Assembly (NCBI GenBank): GCA_039796635.1
Contig: JBDKJJ010000103.1
Location: forward strand, 1 to 47,823
Origin: Bacteroidota bacterium
GTDB lineage: Bacteria; Bacteroidota; Bacteroidia; Chitinophagales; CAIODY01
DNA: 47,823 nt
Direction of reading: 5' to 3'
The notes beneath the pieces were generated by a model. It was given only the letters and a program-made list of their open reading frames with translations, ran no database searches and was not told the origin of the DNA. Both the position numbers and the translations under genes were made by a program. Below, piece by piece: positions 19,646 through 29,472 of this stretch. Each line of letters opens with the position of its first letter. Position 1 is the stretch's first letter.

Positions 19646-20656
19646 ATGAATAAAACAGCAAAATCAGTAATTCAGTTTGCTGTATTTCTTGCCTTAGGTT
19701 TTGGTATTGTATGGTTCATTTTTCATAATATGACTGATGAACAAATAACACAGTGTAAAAATGCACTATTCAATGCTAATCCATTATTAATTGCCTTAGC
19801 TTTTTTTTTAGGTTTAATAGCTCATTTCATTCGTGCCTTACGATGGCAAATAATTATGGAACCTATTGGCTACAAACCTACTATTACCAATACTTATGCT
19901 GCTACTTTAATTGGGTACATTGCTAATTTGGCATTTCCGAAATTAGGTGAAGTAACCCGATGTGGTGTGCTTACCAAATATGAAAATATACCATTTGAAA
20001 AAAGTTTCGGAACTGTAATAGCTGAAAGATTATTTGATACTTTATGTTGGCTGTTAATTGTGGCTATTACCATATTGATTGAGTTTGATAGATTATTCGC
20101 TTATTTCAAAGCAACTATTTTAGATTGGGTAATTAATAAATTTAATGCCGCTGGTTCAATCAAGTGGTTGATTATTGCTGGTTTGATAATCGGAGCAGTA
20201 GTTGGCATTATTGGTCTAAAAAAAATAATTTCAAAGAACAATAAAATAAAATCGTTTGTAGATGGCTTAACAAGTGGTTTAACAGCTATTGTTACATTAA
20301 AACGAAAAGGCAGTTTTTTTATGTACACCATATTATTATGGAGTACCTATTTAAGCGCCCAATATGTTGGATTACTTTGCGTACATGAAACTGCGCATTT
20401 ATCAGCATTAGCAGCCTTAAGTTGTATTGCTTTTGGCACATTGGGCTTTGTATTGCCTACACAAGGCGGTTTAGGTGGTTATCATGTAATTATTCCTCAA
20501 GTTTTAAAATTATACAATATACCTGAAGGCATTGGTTTAGCATCGGCTTGGGTAAACTGGGGAATTGGTCAAATAGCCATTATTGTTGGTGGATTTTCTT
20601 CATTTATCATTTTACCAATTATCAATAAAAATAAAAAAAATGAACAGCACATTTGA
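19646..20656 (+). CDS. Flippase-like / lysylphosphatidylglycerol-synthase TM-region (UPF0104) family membrane protein
   Basis: 336 aa with about 8 TM helices. R.LRW and P.LGE..R motifs are typical of the family. Confidence 0.6.
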   Translation: MNKTAKSVIQFAVFLALGFGIVWFIFHNMTDEQITQCKNALFNANPLLIALAFFLGLIAHFIRALRWQIIMEPIGYKPTITNTYAATLIGYIANLAFPKLGEVTRCGVLTKYENIPFEKSFGTVIAERLFDTLCWLLIVAITILIEFDRLFAYFKATILDWVINKFNAAGSIKWLIIAGLIIGAVVGIIGLKKIISKNNKIKSFVDGLTSGLTAIVTLKRKGSFFMYTILLWSTYLSAQYVGLLCVHETAHLSALAALSCIAFGTLGFVLPTQGGLGGYHVIIPQVLKLYNIPEGIGLASAWVNWGIGQIAIIVGGFSSFIILPIINKNKKNEQHI

Positions 20657-21053
20657 AAAAATTGAACATATAGGAATTGCCGTTAAAAGTTTAGAAACAA
20701 GTAACCCATTATTTGCTAAAATTTTAAACACTCAACCATACAAATCAGAAGAGGTTGCCTCAGAAGGCGTTGTAACATCTTTTTTTAAAACTGGTGAAAA
20801 TAAAATAGAATTATTAGAAGCTACAAAGCCTGAAAGCCCAATTGCAAAGTTTATTGAGAAAAAAGGAGAAGGAATTCATCATATTGCTTTTGCTGTAAAA
20901 GATATAAAAGCTGAAATGCAACGATTAAAGTCAGAGGGCTGTCTATTATTGAATGAAGAACCAAAATTAGGAGCCGATAATAAATTAGTGTGTTTTATCC
21001 ATCCTAAATCTTCAAATGGTGTGTTGATTGAATTGTGTCAGGATACAAATTAA
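20640..21053 (+). CDS. mce: Methylmalonyl-CoA epimerase (VOC/glyoxalase fold)
   Basis: IEHIGIAVKSLE...GIHHIAFAV.DI...G..LL...P..GA......FIHPKS..GVLIEL. The ATG at 20640 is preferred to the long track start. Confidence 0.85.
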   Translation: MNSTFEKIEHIGIAVKSLETSNPLFAKILNTQPYKSEEVASEGVVTSFFKTGENKIELLEATKPESPIAKFIEKKGEGIHHIAFAVKDIKAEMQRLKSEGCLLLNEEPKLGADNKLVCFIHPKSSNGVLIELCQDTN

Positions 21054-21175
21054 CAGTATTGAGTTTGTATCTTGTAAAAGTTTAATAACAGCAACATTAC
21101 AAACAATGGTTACTTTTCGGATTAATTCATTATATAATTTTTATTTGTTTTTAAAAACAAAAATCTTTTTGCCTT

Positions 21176-21574
21176 ATGAAATCTAAGAAATCTTTAGTTA
21201 TAATCTTAGCTTACATTGCAGCCGCTTTGTTTGTATTCAATGGAGTTTGCAAAATTTTCAACTATTTTGAAATGGTTGATTTTTTAGCAAAAATGAACTT
21301 TTCAAGAACTGCATCAATTGTGATTGGAATTTTAGAAATTGCTGGTGCGGTTGGGTTGTTAATACCATCATCAAGAGCAACGGTTAGTTTTTTATTAATA
21401 CTTTTAGTAGTAGGCGCCATTGGTTCTGAAATAGGAGCAGGGTTTGATTTGTTAAAGCTAATGCCACCAGCAGTAGTATTTGTGTTATTAGCTGCTATTG
21501 CTTATTATGATAATATGATTGCTGCTGAAGAAGAAGAGGAAGAGATTGAACATCGCTTTGATAACGTAAAATAA
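21176..21574 (+). CDS. DoxX-like small membrane protein with an acidic C-terminal tail
   Basis: 132 aa, 4 TM helices, poly-Glu tail AAEEEEEEIEH. Confidence 0.5.
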   Translation: MKSKKSLVIILAYIAAALFVFNGVCKIFNYFEMVDFLAKMNFSRTASIVIGILEIAGAVGLLIPSSRATVSFLLILLVVGAIGSEIGAGFDLLKLMPPAVVFVLLAAIAYYDNMIAAEEEEEEIEHRFDNVK

Positions 21575-21595
21575 AATATTTAAGTCACTTATTAT

Positions 21596-21625
21596 AAAGC
21601 ACTCTTTTATGAGTGCTTTTTTTTT
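21596..21625 (+). terminator. Rho-independent terminator
   Basis: Stem GCACTC / GAGTGC followed by T9. Confidence 0.6.
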
Positions 21626-21681
21626 ATAACAATAATTTCAATTGCCATTTTTGAATTTTCTGTTATCTTGCACACACATAA

Positions 21682-22677
21682 ATGAAACAGCTTTTTATAC
21701 TTTCAATATTATTTTGTAGCATTTCTGCATCAGCTCAAATTTTACCCAAATATGGTGATAGCCGAAGCGGAACCACCGGTTTTCAGTTTCTTAAAATTGC
21801 ACCTGATGCACGTTCAATTGGAATGGGAGAAGCCTTTACCGCCATAACCAATGATGTAAGTGCTGTATATTGGAATGCTGCAGGATTAACCAAATTAGAT
21901 ACTACACACTATCATTTGCAATTAGGCAATACAGCCTATTTCAGCAATTTAAAAATGCAGCATATTGCATTTGCAAAAAAAATAAAACCATCAGTTTATC
22001 TAGCTGCTCATTTAATTTATTTGAATTCAGGCTATATGAATGTTGCTACTGAATTTGCACCACAAGGCAATGGTCAGCAGTTCAATTATAACAATATTGA
22101 TGCAGGGCTATCACTTGCAAAAGCGCTTACTGATAATTTTAGTTTTGGTTTTACTGTTAAATATATTCATGAAGGAATAGCTACAGTAAGAGCAAAAAAT
22201 ATAGTTGCTGATTTTGGATTTCAGTATGAAATTGGAAAAGGTAATACAAGATTTGCTGTGGGTATCAGCAATTTTGGTTCACCTACTAAAGCTGGTGGAA
22301 ATATTATTAAAACTACATTTACTGGAGAAGAAAAAATTACAGAATTTGAAAAAATAAATGTACCAGCTATTTTCAGATTGGGTGTAGCTACTGATGTTTA
22401 CAAAAAGAATAATCAAATGCTTACCATTGCAGCACAATTAAATCATCCAACTGATAATAATGAATCAATCAATTTAGGTGCTGAGTATATTTGGCATAAA
22501 ACTTTTTATGGTAGAATGGGTTATCAATTTGGTGCTGATGAAATTGGATTACCTAATTTTGGATTTGGACTTGTAGTAAAAAGAAAATTTGGTGGAATTC
22601 GCATTGATTATGGGTTTCAAGCAAAAAAAATATTAGGCACAGTGCATCGAGTTACTTTAACTGCTGATGTGTTTTAA
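21682..22677 (+). CDS. PorV/PorQ-family outer-membrane beta-barrel protein (T9SS-associated)
   Basis: Signal peptide, then GFQFLKI.PDARS.GMGEAF.A...DVSA.YWN.AGL. 331 aa, matching PorQ size. Confidence 0.7.
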   Translation: MKQLFILSILFCSISASAQILPKYGDSRSGTTGFQFLKIAPDARSIGMGEAFTAITNDVSAVYWNAAGLTKLDTTHYHLQLGNTAYFSNLKMQHIAFAKKIKPSVYLAAHLIYLNSGYMNVATEFAPQGNGQQFNYNNIDAGLSLAKALTDNFSFGFTVKYIHEGIATVRAKNIVADFGFQYEIGKGNTRFAVGISNFGSPTKAGGNIIKTTFTGEEKITEFEKINVPAIFRLGVATDVYKKNNQMLTIAAQLNHPTDNNESINLGAEYIWHKTFYGRMGYQFGADEIGLPNFGFGLVVKRKFGGIRIDYGFQAKKILGTVHRVTLTADVF

Positions 22678-22706
22678 GCGTTAAATCAATTATAAAAATC
22701 AAGAGA

Positions 22707-23159
22707 ATGAGTTTAGTAGAAAAAATAAATGCTTCGATAAAAGAAGCAATGTTAGCAAAACAAGAGGGTAGGCTTAGAGGGTTAAGAGCAATCAAAAGTG
22801 CTATTTTGTTAGCACAAACTGAAAAAGGAGCAACTGATAATTTGACTTCTGAAAAAGAAATTCAGGTGCTCACTAAGTTGGCTAAGCAACGAAAAGAATC
22901 AATTGAAATTTTTGAAAAAGAAAATCGTGTTGATTTAGCAACAAAAGAAAAAGAGGAGTTGGAAGTAATTGAAAGTTATTTGCCAAAACAAATGACATCA
23001 GAAGAAATAATTGATTTTTTAAAACCAATCATTGAGCAAGTAGGCGCTAAAACACCAGCAGATATGGGTAAAGTTATGGGTGTGGCTTCAAAACAATTGG
23101 CCGGTAAAGCTGATGGAAAAATGATTTCAGAATTGGTGAAACAACTTTTAGCCAATTAA
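22707..23159 (+). CDS. GatB/YqeY domain protein
   Basis: 150 aa. I...MLAK....L..LR.IKSAI...E...E...VL.K..KQR.ES...F...R.DLA.KE..E...I..YLP pattern. Confidence 0.9.
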   Translation: MSLVEKINASIKEAMLAKQEGRLRGLRAIKSAILLAQTEKGATDNLTSEKEIQVLTKLAKQRKESIEIFEKENRVDLATKEKEELEVIESYLPKQMTSEEIIDFLKPIIEQVGAKTPADMGKVMGVASKQLAGKADGKMISELVKQLLAN

Positions 23160-23220
23160 TTTTTTAAGTGAAAATATATTATTAACAATTGAATTACTTG
23201 TTCATTTGTCACACGTAAGT

Positions 23221-24231
23221 TTATTTCAAATCCAACAAAATATACACAGGTAAATGGTCGCTATAACCGCCAAAATATCTTGGGCCTGCATAGGTTCTTA
23301 ATGGCGAACCAAAATATAAACCTTTGGATTGTTCTAATAAAAAGTCAGGCTTATAAATGGTAGCACTATTAGTTTGGTAATTTACTTTAGTGCTTGGTTT
23401 TTCAACTGCATTTTTACTTACAAAAAATTGGTCAAACAAACTCCATTCGCCTTTGTAATAATGAGTGCCTTCCTTTTTTTCTTTAAATGATTTAAATGTG
23501 TTAATCATTGGCATCACTTTGCTTTTTTCCATCACTTGCAAACTATTATTTTCAGGTTCATCATTAAAATCACCCATTGCTAATAACACAGGATTTGCTT
23601 TTTTATTCGCATTATAAATTGAGTCAAAAAGATTTCTTTCAAACTGAGCAACATATTCTCTTTTCTTATCACTTTCATCAGTTCCTCCTCTGCGGCTAGG
23701 GAAATGATTAACAGCAATAAACGCTTGCTGACCATTTGAAAATTCAGCATTTACAATTAACAAATCACGAGTTTTTAATGAAGAATCAAATGGAAAATAA
23801 ATTCGGTAACTTTTACTTCCTAATAGTTTCATTGCATCTTTTTTATATAATAATGCCACATCAATTCCACGTTCGTCAGTTGAATTATAATGCACTATTT
23901 GATAATTGCCTGATACCATTCCTGGTTCTTTTATCAATTCTTCTAACACATATTTATTTTCAACTTCACATAATCCTATGATGTCAGCACCTGATATGTT
24001 AATACTTGATAACACTTGAGCAATATGTTGTTTTTTTGTATTGAAACGACCAATTGTCCAATGCGATTTAGCTTCAGGTAAAAACTCTTCATCTTTTACT
24101 TTAGGGTCGTTAATGGTATCAAAATAGTTTTCACAATTGTAAAAAGCTACGCTTAATTGCTTCTTAGATTGAGCTTTTAATTGATTAATAGAAGCTATTA
24201 GGAACAGAATAATCAAAAATTTATTTTTCAT
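23221..24231 (-). CDS. Secreted endonuclease/exonuclease/phosphatase (EEP) family protein
   Basis: Signal peptide, NCENYFD, GLCEVEN, and C-terminal SDHLPV. Confidence 0.8.
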   Translation of the reverse strand: MKNKFLIILFLIASINQLKAQSKKQLSVAFYNCENYFDTINDPKVKDEEFLPEAKSHWTIGRFNTKKQHIAQVLSSINISGADIIGLCEVENKYVLEELIKEPGMVSGNYQIVHYNSTDERGIDVALLYKKDAMKLLGSKSYRIYFPFDSSLKTRDLLIVNAEFSNGQQAFIAVNHFPSRRGGTDESDKKREYVAQFERNLFDSIYNANKKANPVLLAMGDFNDEPENNSLQVMEKSKVMPMINTFKSFKEKKEGTHYYKGEWSLFDQFFVSKNAVEKPSTKVNYQTNSATIYKPDFLLEQSKGLYFGSPLRTYAGPRYFGGYSDHLPVYILLDLK

Positions 24232-24308
24232 TTTATTATATTAATACTGACAAAGATGCACACAATTTTAGTACATTGAGTTTAATTTAATTTTAATTAG
24301 TAAATATT

Positions 24309-24743
24309 ATGACACCTATTTCTGAACCTAACTTCCCTTTCCAAATTGCTCTTCGAATTGATTGGAGTGAAATGGATTTATTTGGTCATGTAAATAATGT
24401 AATGTATTTCAAATACATTCAAGCATCACGGGTGAACTATTGGGAACAAACAGGAATTGGCAAAGACTTCAACAGCACAGGCATTGCTCCTATTCTGGCT
24501 TCTACCAAATGCGATTTTAAGAAACCGCTTCATTATCCTGGTAGTTTAACAATAAAAGTTAGAATGGAATTTATTAAAACAACAAGCTTCGGTTTTGAAC
24601 ACCAATTACTTAATGAAAATGGTGAAATTGTTGCCATAGCTCATGATGTAATGGTGATGTATGATTTTAATAAAAATGAAAAAATAATTTTTCCGATAGA
24701 ATTAAAAACAGAAATTGAAAAAATAGAAGGTAGAAAATTTTAA
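24309..24743 (+). CDS. Acyl-CoA thioesterase (4HBT/YbgC hot-dog fold)
   Basis: IRIDWSEMDLFGHVNN..YF.Y.....NYWE motif. 144 aa. Confidence 0.8.
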   Translation: MTPISEPNFPFQIALRIDWSEMDLFGHVNNVMYFKYIQASRVNYWEQTGIGKDFNSTGIAPILASTKCDFKKPLHYPGSLTIKVRMEFIKTTSFGFEHQLLNENGEIVAIAHDVMVMYDFNKNEKIIFPIELKTEIEKIEGRKF

Positions 24744-25900
24744 ATTCCTCTTCTATTCATTTCACCTTTTATCAATTTTAATTCACGACTCATTTGCCCT
24801 GCAATGGCTGTATTTTCTTGAGCTCTTCTGATTAAATAAGGCATCACATCACCTACTGGTCCAAACGGTAAATACTTACAAGCATTGTATCCAGCATTTG
24901 CCATATTAAAAGTAATATGGTCGCTCATGCCAAATAATTGAGAGAAATAAACATGAGGATGATTAGCTGCTATATTTTTTTGTTTCATCAATTCAACCGC
25001 TTTAAAATGTGATGATTCATTATGTGATGCACAGAAGAAAGCAACATGGTCAATTGAATTAATGCAATCAGCTACTGCTAAATCAAAATCTTTATCTGTA
25101 GCTTCTTTAGTTGGTTGAATAGGGGATGGATAGTTCATTTCAGCAGCACGTTTGCGTTCTTTCTCCATGTAAGCACCACGAACTAATTTAATTCCATAAA
25201 TGAAATTATTTTCTTTTGATAACTGAATGCACTTACGCAAATACTCTAATCTGTCATGACGATACAATTGAACCGTATTATACACCACCGCTTTTGTTTT
25301 GTTGTATTGCAACATCATTCCATTAACCAACGCATCAACAGGGTCTTGAATCCAAGTTTCTTCTGCATCAATTAACACAACAATATTTTTTTCAAAAGCA
25401 GTTTTGCAAAGTGTATCTAATCTATTTTTTACTCTTCTGAATTCTTCCTGTTCATCAGGCGTTAGTGTTTGTTTAGCATGAATTTTTTCCAACAATTCAA
25501 ACCTGCCGAAGCCTGTTACTTTAGCACTTACAAACGGAACATTAGCTTGAGCAGCATAATTTACCACATTCAACAATTCGCTTAAAGTATGGTCAAATTC
25601 TTTTTCGCCACTTTTTGCTTCAATGGCATAATCTAAAATACTTAATACATTTAAAGCTTTCAGTTGGTCAACCACAGGTTTTGATTCAGCCAATGATTCG
25701 CCACCACAAAACTGTTCAAAAATTGTAGCCTTAATTAATGCTTTTACTGGTAAATGCATATTCAAGGCTAATTGCGCCATTGATGTACCCATTTTAACCA
25801 TTGATGGATTATTAATAATACCAAAAAGCCAATTGCTTTTCTTTAATGTTTTATTCGATTTTATTTTGAAAGCAATTTCTGTATTGTCAAATGAAAGCAT
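24740..25900 (-). CDS. Proline dehydrogenase
   Basis: About 386 aa from MLSFDNTEIAF. The family pattern is F..GE......V...L.....ILDY..E ... KLVRGAY.E.ER.RA. This is the monofunctional PRODH typical of Bacteroidota. Confidence 0.85.
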   Translation of the reverse strand: MLSFDNTEIAFKIKSNKTLKKSNWLFGIINNPSMVKMGTSMAQLALNMHLPVKALIKATIFEQFCGGESLAESKPVVDQLKALNVLSILDYAIEAKSGEKEFDHTLSELLNVVNYAAQANVPFVSAKVTGFGRFELLEKIHAKQTLTPDEQEEFRRVKNRLDTLCKTAFEKNIVVLIDAEETWIQDPVDALVNGMMLQYNKTKAVVYNTVQLYRHDRLEYLRKCIQLSKENNFIYGIKLVRGAYMEKERKRAAEMNYPSPIQPTKEATDKDFDLAVADCINSIDHVAFFCASHNESSHFKAVELMKQKNIAANHPHVYFSQLFGMSDHITFNMANAGYNACKYLPFGPVGDVMPYLIRRAQENTAIAGQMSRELKLIKGEMNRRGI

Positions 25901-25982
25901 GCTATTTATTTTTAAGAAGTGGCAAATATACAATTGGATATTGGATAAACGATAAGACGAAAATCATGTTTCTGAAAAAAAA

Positions 25983-27584
25983 TTAAACTACTGATTCTAA
26001 CAATAATTTGGTGTAAGAATGTTGGGGATGTTGCAAAATAGCTGATGTATAACCTTCTTCTACAATTACTCCATCCTTTAGTACAATAATTTTATCACAT
26101 AAATAATTCACTATTGCCAAATCATGAGAAATAAACAAACAAGAAAATCCAAATTTCGATTGTAAGTTTTTTAATAAATCTATGATTGCAGATTGCAAAC
26201 TAACATCTAAACTAGAAACTGGTTCATCAGCAATTACCAATACGGGTTCGATACATAAAGCACGTGCAAGATTAATTCTCTGGCGCTGACCACCACTTAA
26301 TTCATCAGGAAATCGATTAAATAAATTTTCATCTAAATTAACAAGTGAAAACCAATGCAATGCTTTTGTTTTTGCTTCTGATAAATCTTTTGCCAACTTA
26401 TGTAAAAGAAGCGCTTCCACAATTACATCACCTACTTTTTGTTTTGGATTTAAACTCGAATATGAATCTTGAAAAATGAATTGAACCTTTTTTCTGTATT
26501 GAAATAATTCTTTCTTTTTGAATTGATGAATGCTTTGTTGATGAAATAAAATTTCACCATTTGCTATTTCATTCAGCAGCACAATTGCTTTACCAATAGT
26601 TGTTTTTCCACTTCCTGATTCACCAACCAAGCCCAAAATTTCTCCTTTATGAATTGTGAACGAAACAGAATCAACCACTTTTTTATAGTGTTGTTTCCAA
26701 GCTAATTTTTGGGTGATGTTATATTCAATCGAAATATTTTTTACTTCTAAAATTACATCAGTAGCTACTTTTGATGATGATAACGTATTGCTATTTAATG
26801 AAATTCGGTTAGCTAATAATGACTTTGTATAATCATGCTTTGGGTTTTCAAAAATAGATTTTGAATCATTGCATTCAACACATTCACCATCTTTCATCAC
26901 CATAATTCTATCTGCCATTAATTTCACCACATTCAAATCATGCGAAATAAAAAGCATAGCCATTTGATGCTCGGCTTGCAATTTTTTCATTAATCGTAAT
27001 AATGAAAATTGAAGTGTAACATCAAGCGCAGTAGTTGGCTCATCGGCAATTAACAGTTTAGGATAATTACACATTGCCATAGAAATCATCACCCGTTGTT
27101 TTTGTCCGCCACTTAATTGATGAGGATAACGCTCAAAAACTTCTTCGGCATTTGTTAATTCAACTTTAGTAAACCATTCAATAGTTTTCAGTTTAGCTTC
27201 TTTTTTTGAAATAGATTGATGAACCAAAATCGCTTCCATCACTTGTTCACCACAAGTAAGCACAGGATTAAAAGATGTCATCGGATTTTGAAAAATCATC
27301 GCAATTTCTTTCCCTCGTATTTTTTGCATTTCATCAGCTGAAGCCTTTATCAAATCAATTGGTACCAAATCATCTTTATAAAAAAAAAATTCATCGGCTG
27401 AAATTTTTGCATTTGAAATCAATTGCATTAATGCTAAACTACTCACAGTTTTTCCACTTCCTGATTCCCCTACAATGCCCATCACTTCGCCCTTTCCAAT
27501 GGTGAAACTAATTTGATTCACCACTTTTGATTTTTGAGGAAAGCTTACCGTAAGATTTTTTATTTGCAATAAATTTGACTGCAT
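25983..27584 (-). CDS. Duplicated-ATPase ABC protein (DppD/DppF-YejF-like, two NBDs, no TM domain)
   Basis: Two Walker A motifs (GESGSGKT twice), two LSGGQ(K/R)QR signatures and two Walker B motifs. The start is taken at MQSNLLQIKNL. Confidence 0.9.
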   Translation of the reverse strand: MQSNLLQIKNLTVSFPQKSKVVNQISFTIGKGEVMGIVGESGSGKTVSSLALMQLISNAKISADEFFFYKDDLVPIDLIKASADEMQKIRGKEIAMIFQNPMTSFNPVLTCGEQVMEAILVHQSISKKEAKLKTIEWFTKVELTNAEEVFERYPHQLSGGQKQRVMISMAMCNYPKLLIADEPTTALDVTLQFSLLRLMKKLQAEHQMAMLFISHDLNVVKLMADRIMVMKDGECVECNDSKSIFENPKHDYTKSLLANRISLNSNTLSSSKVATDVILEVKNISIEYNITQKLAWKQHYKKVVDSVSFTIHKGEILGLVGESGSGKTTIGKAIVLLNEIANGEILFHQQSIHQFKKKELFQYRKKVQFIFQDSYSSLNPKQKVGDVIVEALLLHKLAKDLSEAKTKALHWFSLVNLDENLFNRFPDELSGGQRQRINLARALCIEPVLVIADEPVSSLDVSLQSAIIDLLKNLQSKFGFSCLFISHDLAIVNYLCDKIIVLKDGVIVEEGYTSAILQHPQHSYTKLLLESVV

Positions 27585-27705
27585 AGCTATTTGAATACTA
27601 AAAGCAAGATACACCAAAACTGAAAAAGCATTAAAAACATTTCTAAAAAAAATCTGTTTGAGTTCAATAACTAATTTTAAAAACAGAACTTTGTCATCTT
27701 AATTC

Positions 27706-29385
27706 ATGAAAGAAATCATTTCGCTTTTACCTTATTTCAAACGATACAAATGGCTGCTAGCAGGCGGTGTAGCTTGTGTTATATTACAAAATGTATTTAA
27801 TGTTTTTATTCCGATAAGTGTTCGTGGTGCTTTCAATAGCGTTCAACAAGTTTTGATTTCAAAAGATGAAACACAATTGAGTTCAGTAATATTTAAGTTT
27901 GCTTGCATAGTAGTTGGGTTGGCAATTTTAAGAGGTTTATTTATGTTTTTGATGCGTCAAACATTAATCATCATGAGCCGCCGAATGGAGTTTGACCAAC
28001 GCAATGATATTTACAATCATTATCAATCACTTGATTCAACATTTTTCAAACTAAATAGAACAGGTGATTTAATGGCTCGGTTAACGGAAGATGTAAGCCG
28101 AGTTAGAAACTTTACAGGCCCAGCATTAATGTATTTGGGCAATTTAATCACATTGATAGTTTTAGTGGTGTATGTAATGTTTCATGTAAATAGTTCATTG
28201 GCGGTGTATGCCTTGTTGCCATTGCCTATACTTTCAATATCAGTATATTTTGTAAATCAAATTATTAATAAACGTAGCGAAAAGATTCAAGCTCAATTAT
28301 CAAATCTTACCACAATAAGTCAGGAAACATTTAGCGGTGTAAGAGTTATACAATCATTTGTACAAGAGAATGCAGTTCAATCACATTTTGAAAAAGAAAC
28401 TAAGCAATACAAAAACTTATCACTTTCATTAGCCAAAGTAGAAGCTGTTTATTTTCCTTTATTAGGATTATTAATTGGCGTAAGTACAATTGGCGTAATC
28501 TGGAAAGGCGGACATTTGGTGGCTTTAAATCAAATTTCAACAGGACATATTGCTGAATTTATTTTATATGTAACCATGTTGGTTTGGCCTGTAACATCGT
28601 TAGGTTGGGTGGCAAGTACCATTCAACGTGCCATTGTTTCGCAGCGCCGAATTAATGAATTTTTAAACACCAAACCAGCAATTCAAAATTCTGTTGAAGA
28701 TTCAAATTTGAAATTTGATGGCGAAATTGAATTTAAAAACGTATCGCTTACTTATGCAAATACAGGCATCAAAGCCTTACAGAATGTTAGTTTCAAGATA
28801 AAAGCTGGCGAAAAAATAGCCGTCATTGGTAAAAACGGAATCGGAAAATCAACCATTGCTCAACTTTTAACTAGGATGATTGAAACTCCAGATGGTGAAA
28901 TTTTCATTGATGGTAAAAAAATAAATGACATCAATTTATCTCAATTAAGAAGTCATATTGGTTATGTGCCTCAAGATGTATTTTTATTTAGTGATACTGT
29001 GAAAGAGAATATTTTATTTGGTACAGATGAAAAATTAGCACAATCAGAAATTGAATATTTCGCAAAAATGTCGGCCATTGATGAAGAAATAAAACGATTG
29101 CCTAATGGCTATGAAACCTTAATTGGCGAAAGAGGTGTAACTTTAAGTGGCGGACAAAAACAACGCATTTCAATAGCTCGTGCATTAATAAAAAAACCTT
29201 CCATACTTTTATTAGATGACTGCTTATCAGCTGTAGATGCCTCTACTGAAGCCACTTTGATGGAAAATTTTAGCACAATTTTCAAAGACAAAACTGTTAT
29301 AAATATTACTCATCGAAAAGCACATATAGGCATGTACGATAAAGTATATGAACTAACTGAAAATGGGATGAATGAGGTTATTTAA
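27706..29385 (+). CDS. ABC exporter, fused permease-ATPase (MsbA/MdlB-like half transporter)
   Basis: N-terminal 6-TM domain. NBD with GKNGIGKST, LSGGQKQRISIARAL and LLLDD. Confidence 0.9.
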   Translation: MKEIISLLPYFKRYKWLLAGGVACVILQNVFNVFIPISVRGAFNSVQQVLISKDETQLSSVIFKFACIVVGLAILRGLFMFLMRQTLIIMSRRMEFDQRNDIYNHYQSLDSTFFKLNRTGDLMARLTEDVSRVRNFTGPALMYLGNLITLIVLVVYVMFHVNSSLAVYALLPLPILSISVYFVNQIINKRSEKIQAQLSNLTTISQETFSGVRVIQSFVQENAVQSHFEKETKQYKNLSLSLAKVEAVYFPLLGLLIGVSTIGVIWKGGHLVALNQISTGHIAEFILYVTMLVWPVTSLGWVASTIQRAIVSQRRINEFLNTKPAIQNSVEDSNLKFDGEIEFKNVSLTYANTGIKALQNVSFKIKAGEKIAVIGKNGIGKSTIAQLLTRMIETPDGEIFIDGKKINDINLSQLRSHIGYVPQDVFLFSDTVKENILFGTDEKLAQSEIEYFAKMSAIDEEIKRLPNGYETLIGERGVTLSGGQKQRISIARALIKKPSILLLDDCLSAVDASTEATLMENFSTIFKDKTVINITHRKAHIGMYDKVYELTENGMNEVI

Positions 29386-29445
29386 TCCAAAAAACACCAT
29401 TTTCTCAAAATTTACTTATTATGCTTGTTTTTAAGCAGAACTCAT

Positions 29446-29453
29446 TAAATTTG
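29446..29453 (+). promoter_or_regulatory. Candidate -7 promoter box (TAAATTTG)
   Basis: Exact TAnnTTTG, 20 nt upstream of the 29473 ATG. Confidence 0.45.
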
Positions 29454-29472
29454 CCTTCCCAAAAAAAATAAT

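Noticed and set aside
20583-20639. Long N-terminal extension of the methylmalonyl-CoA epimerase ORF
   Set aside because: It overlaps the 3' end of the upstream membrane-protein gene in another frame. The conserved VOC domain begins right after the internal ATG at 20640.
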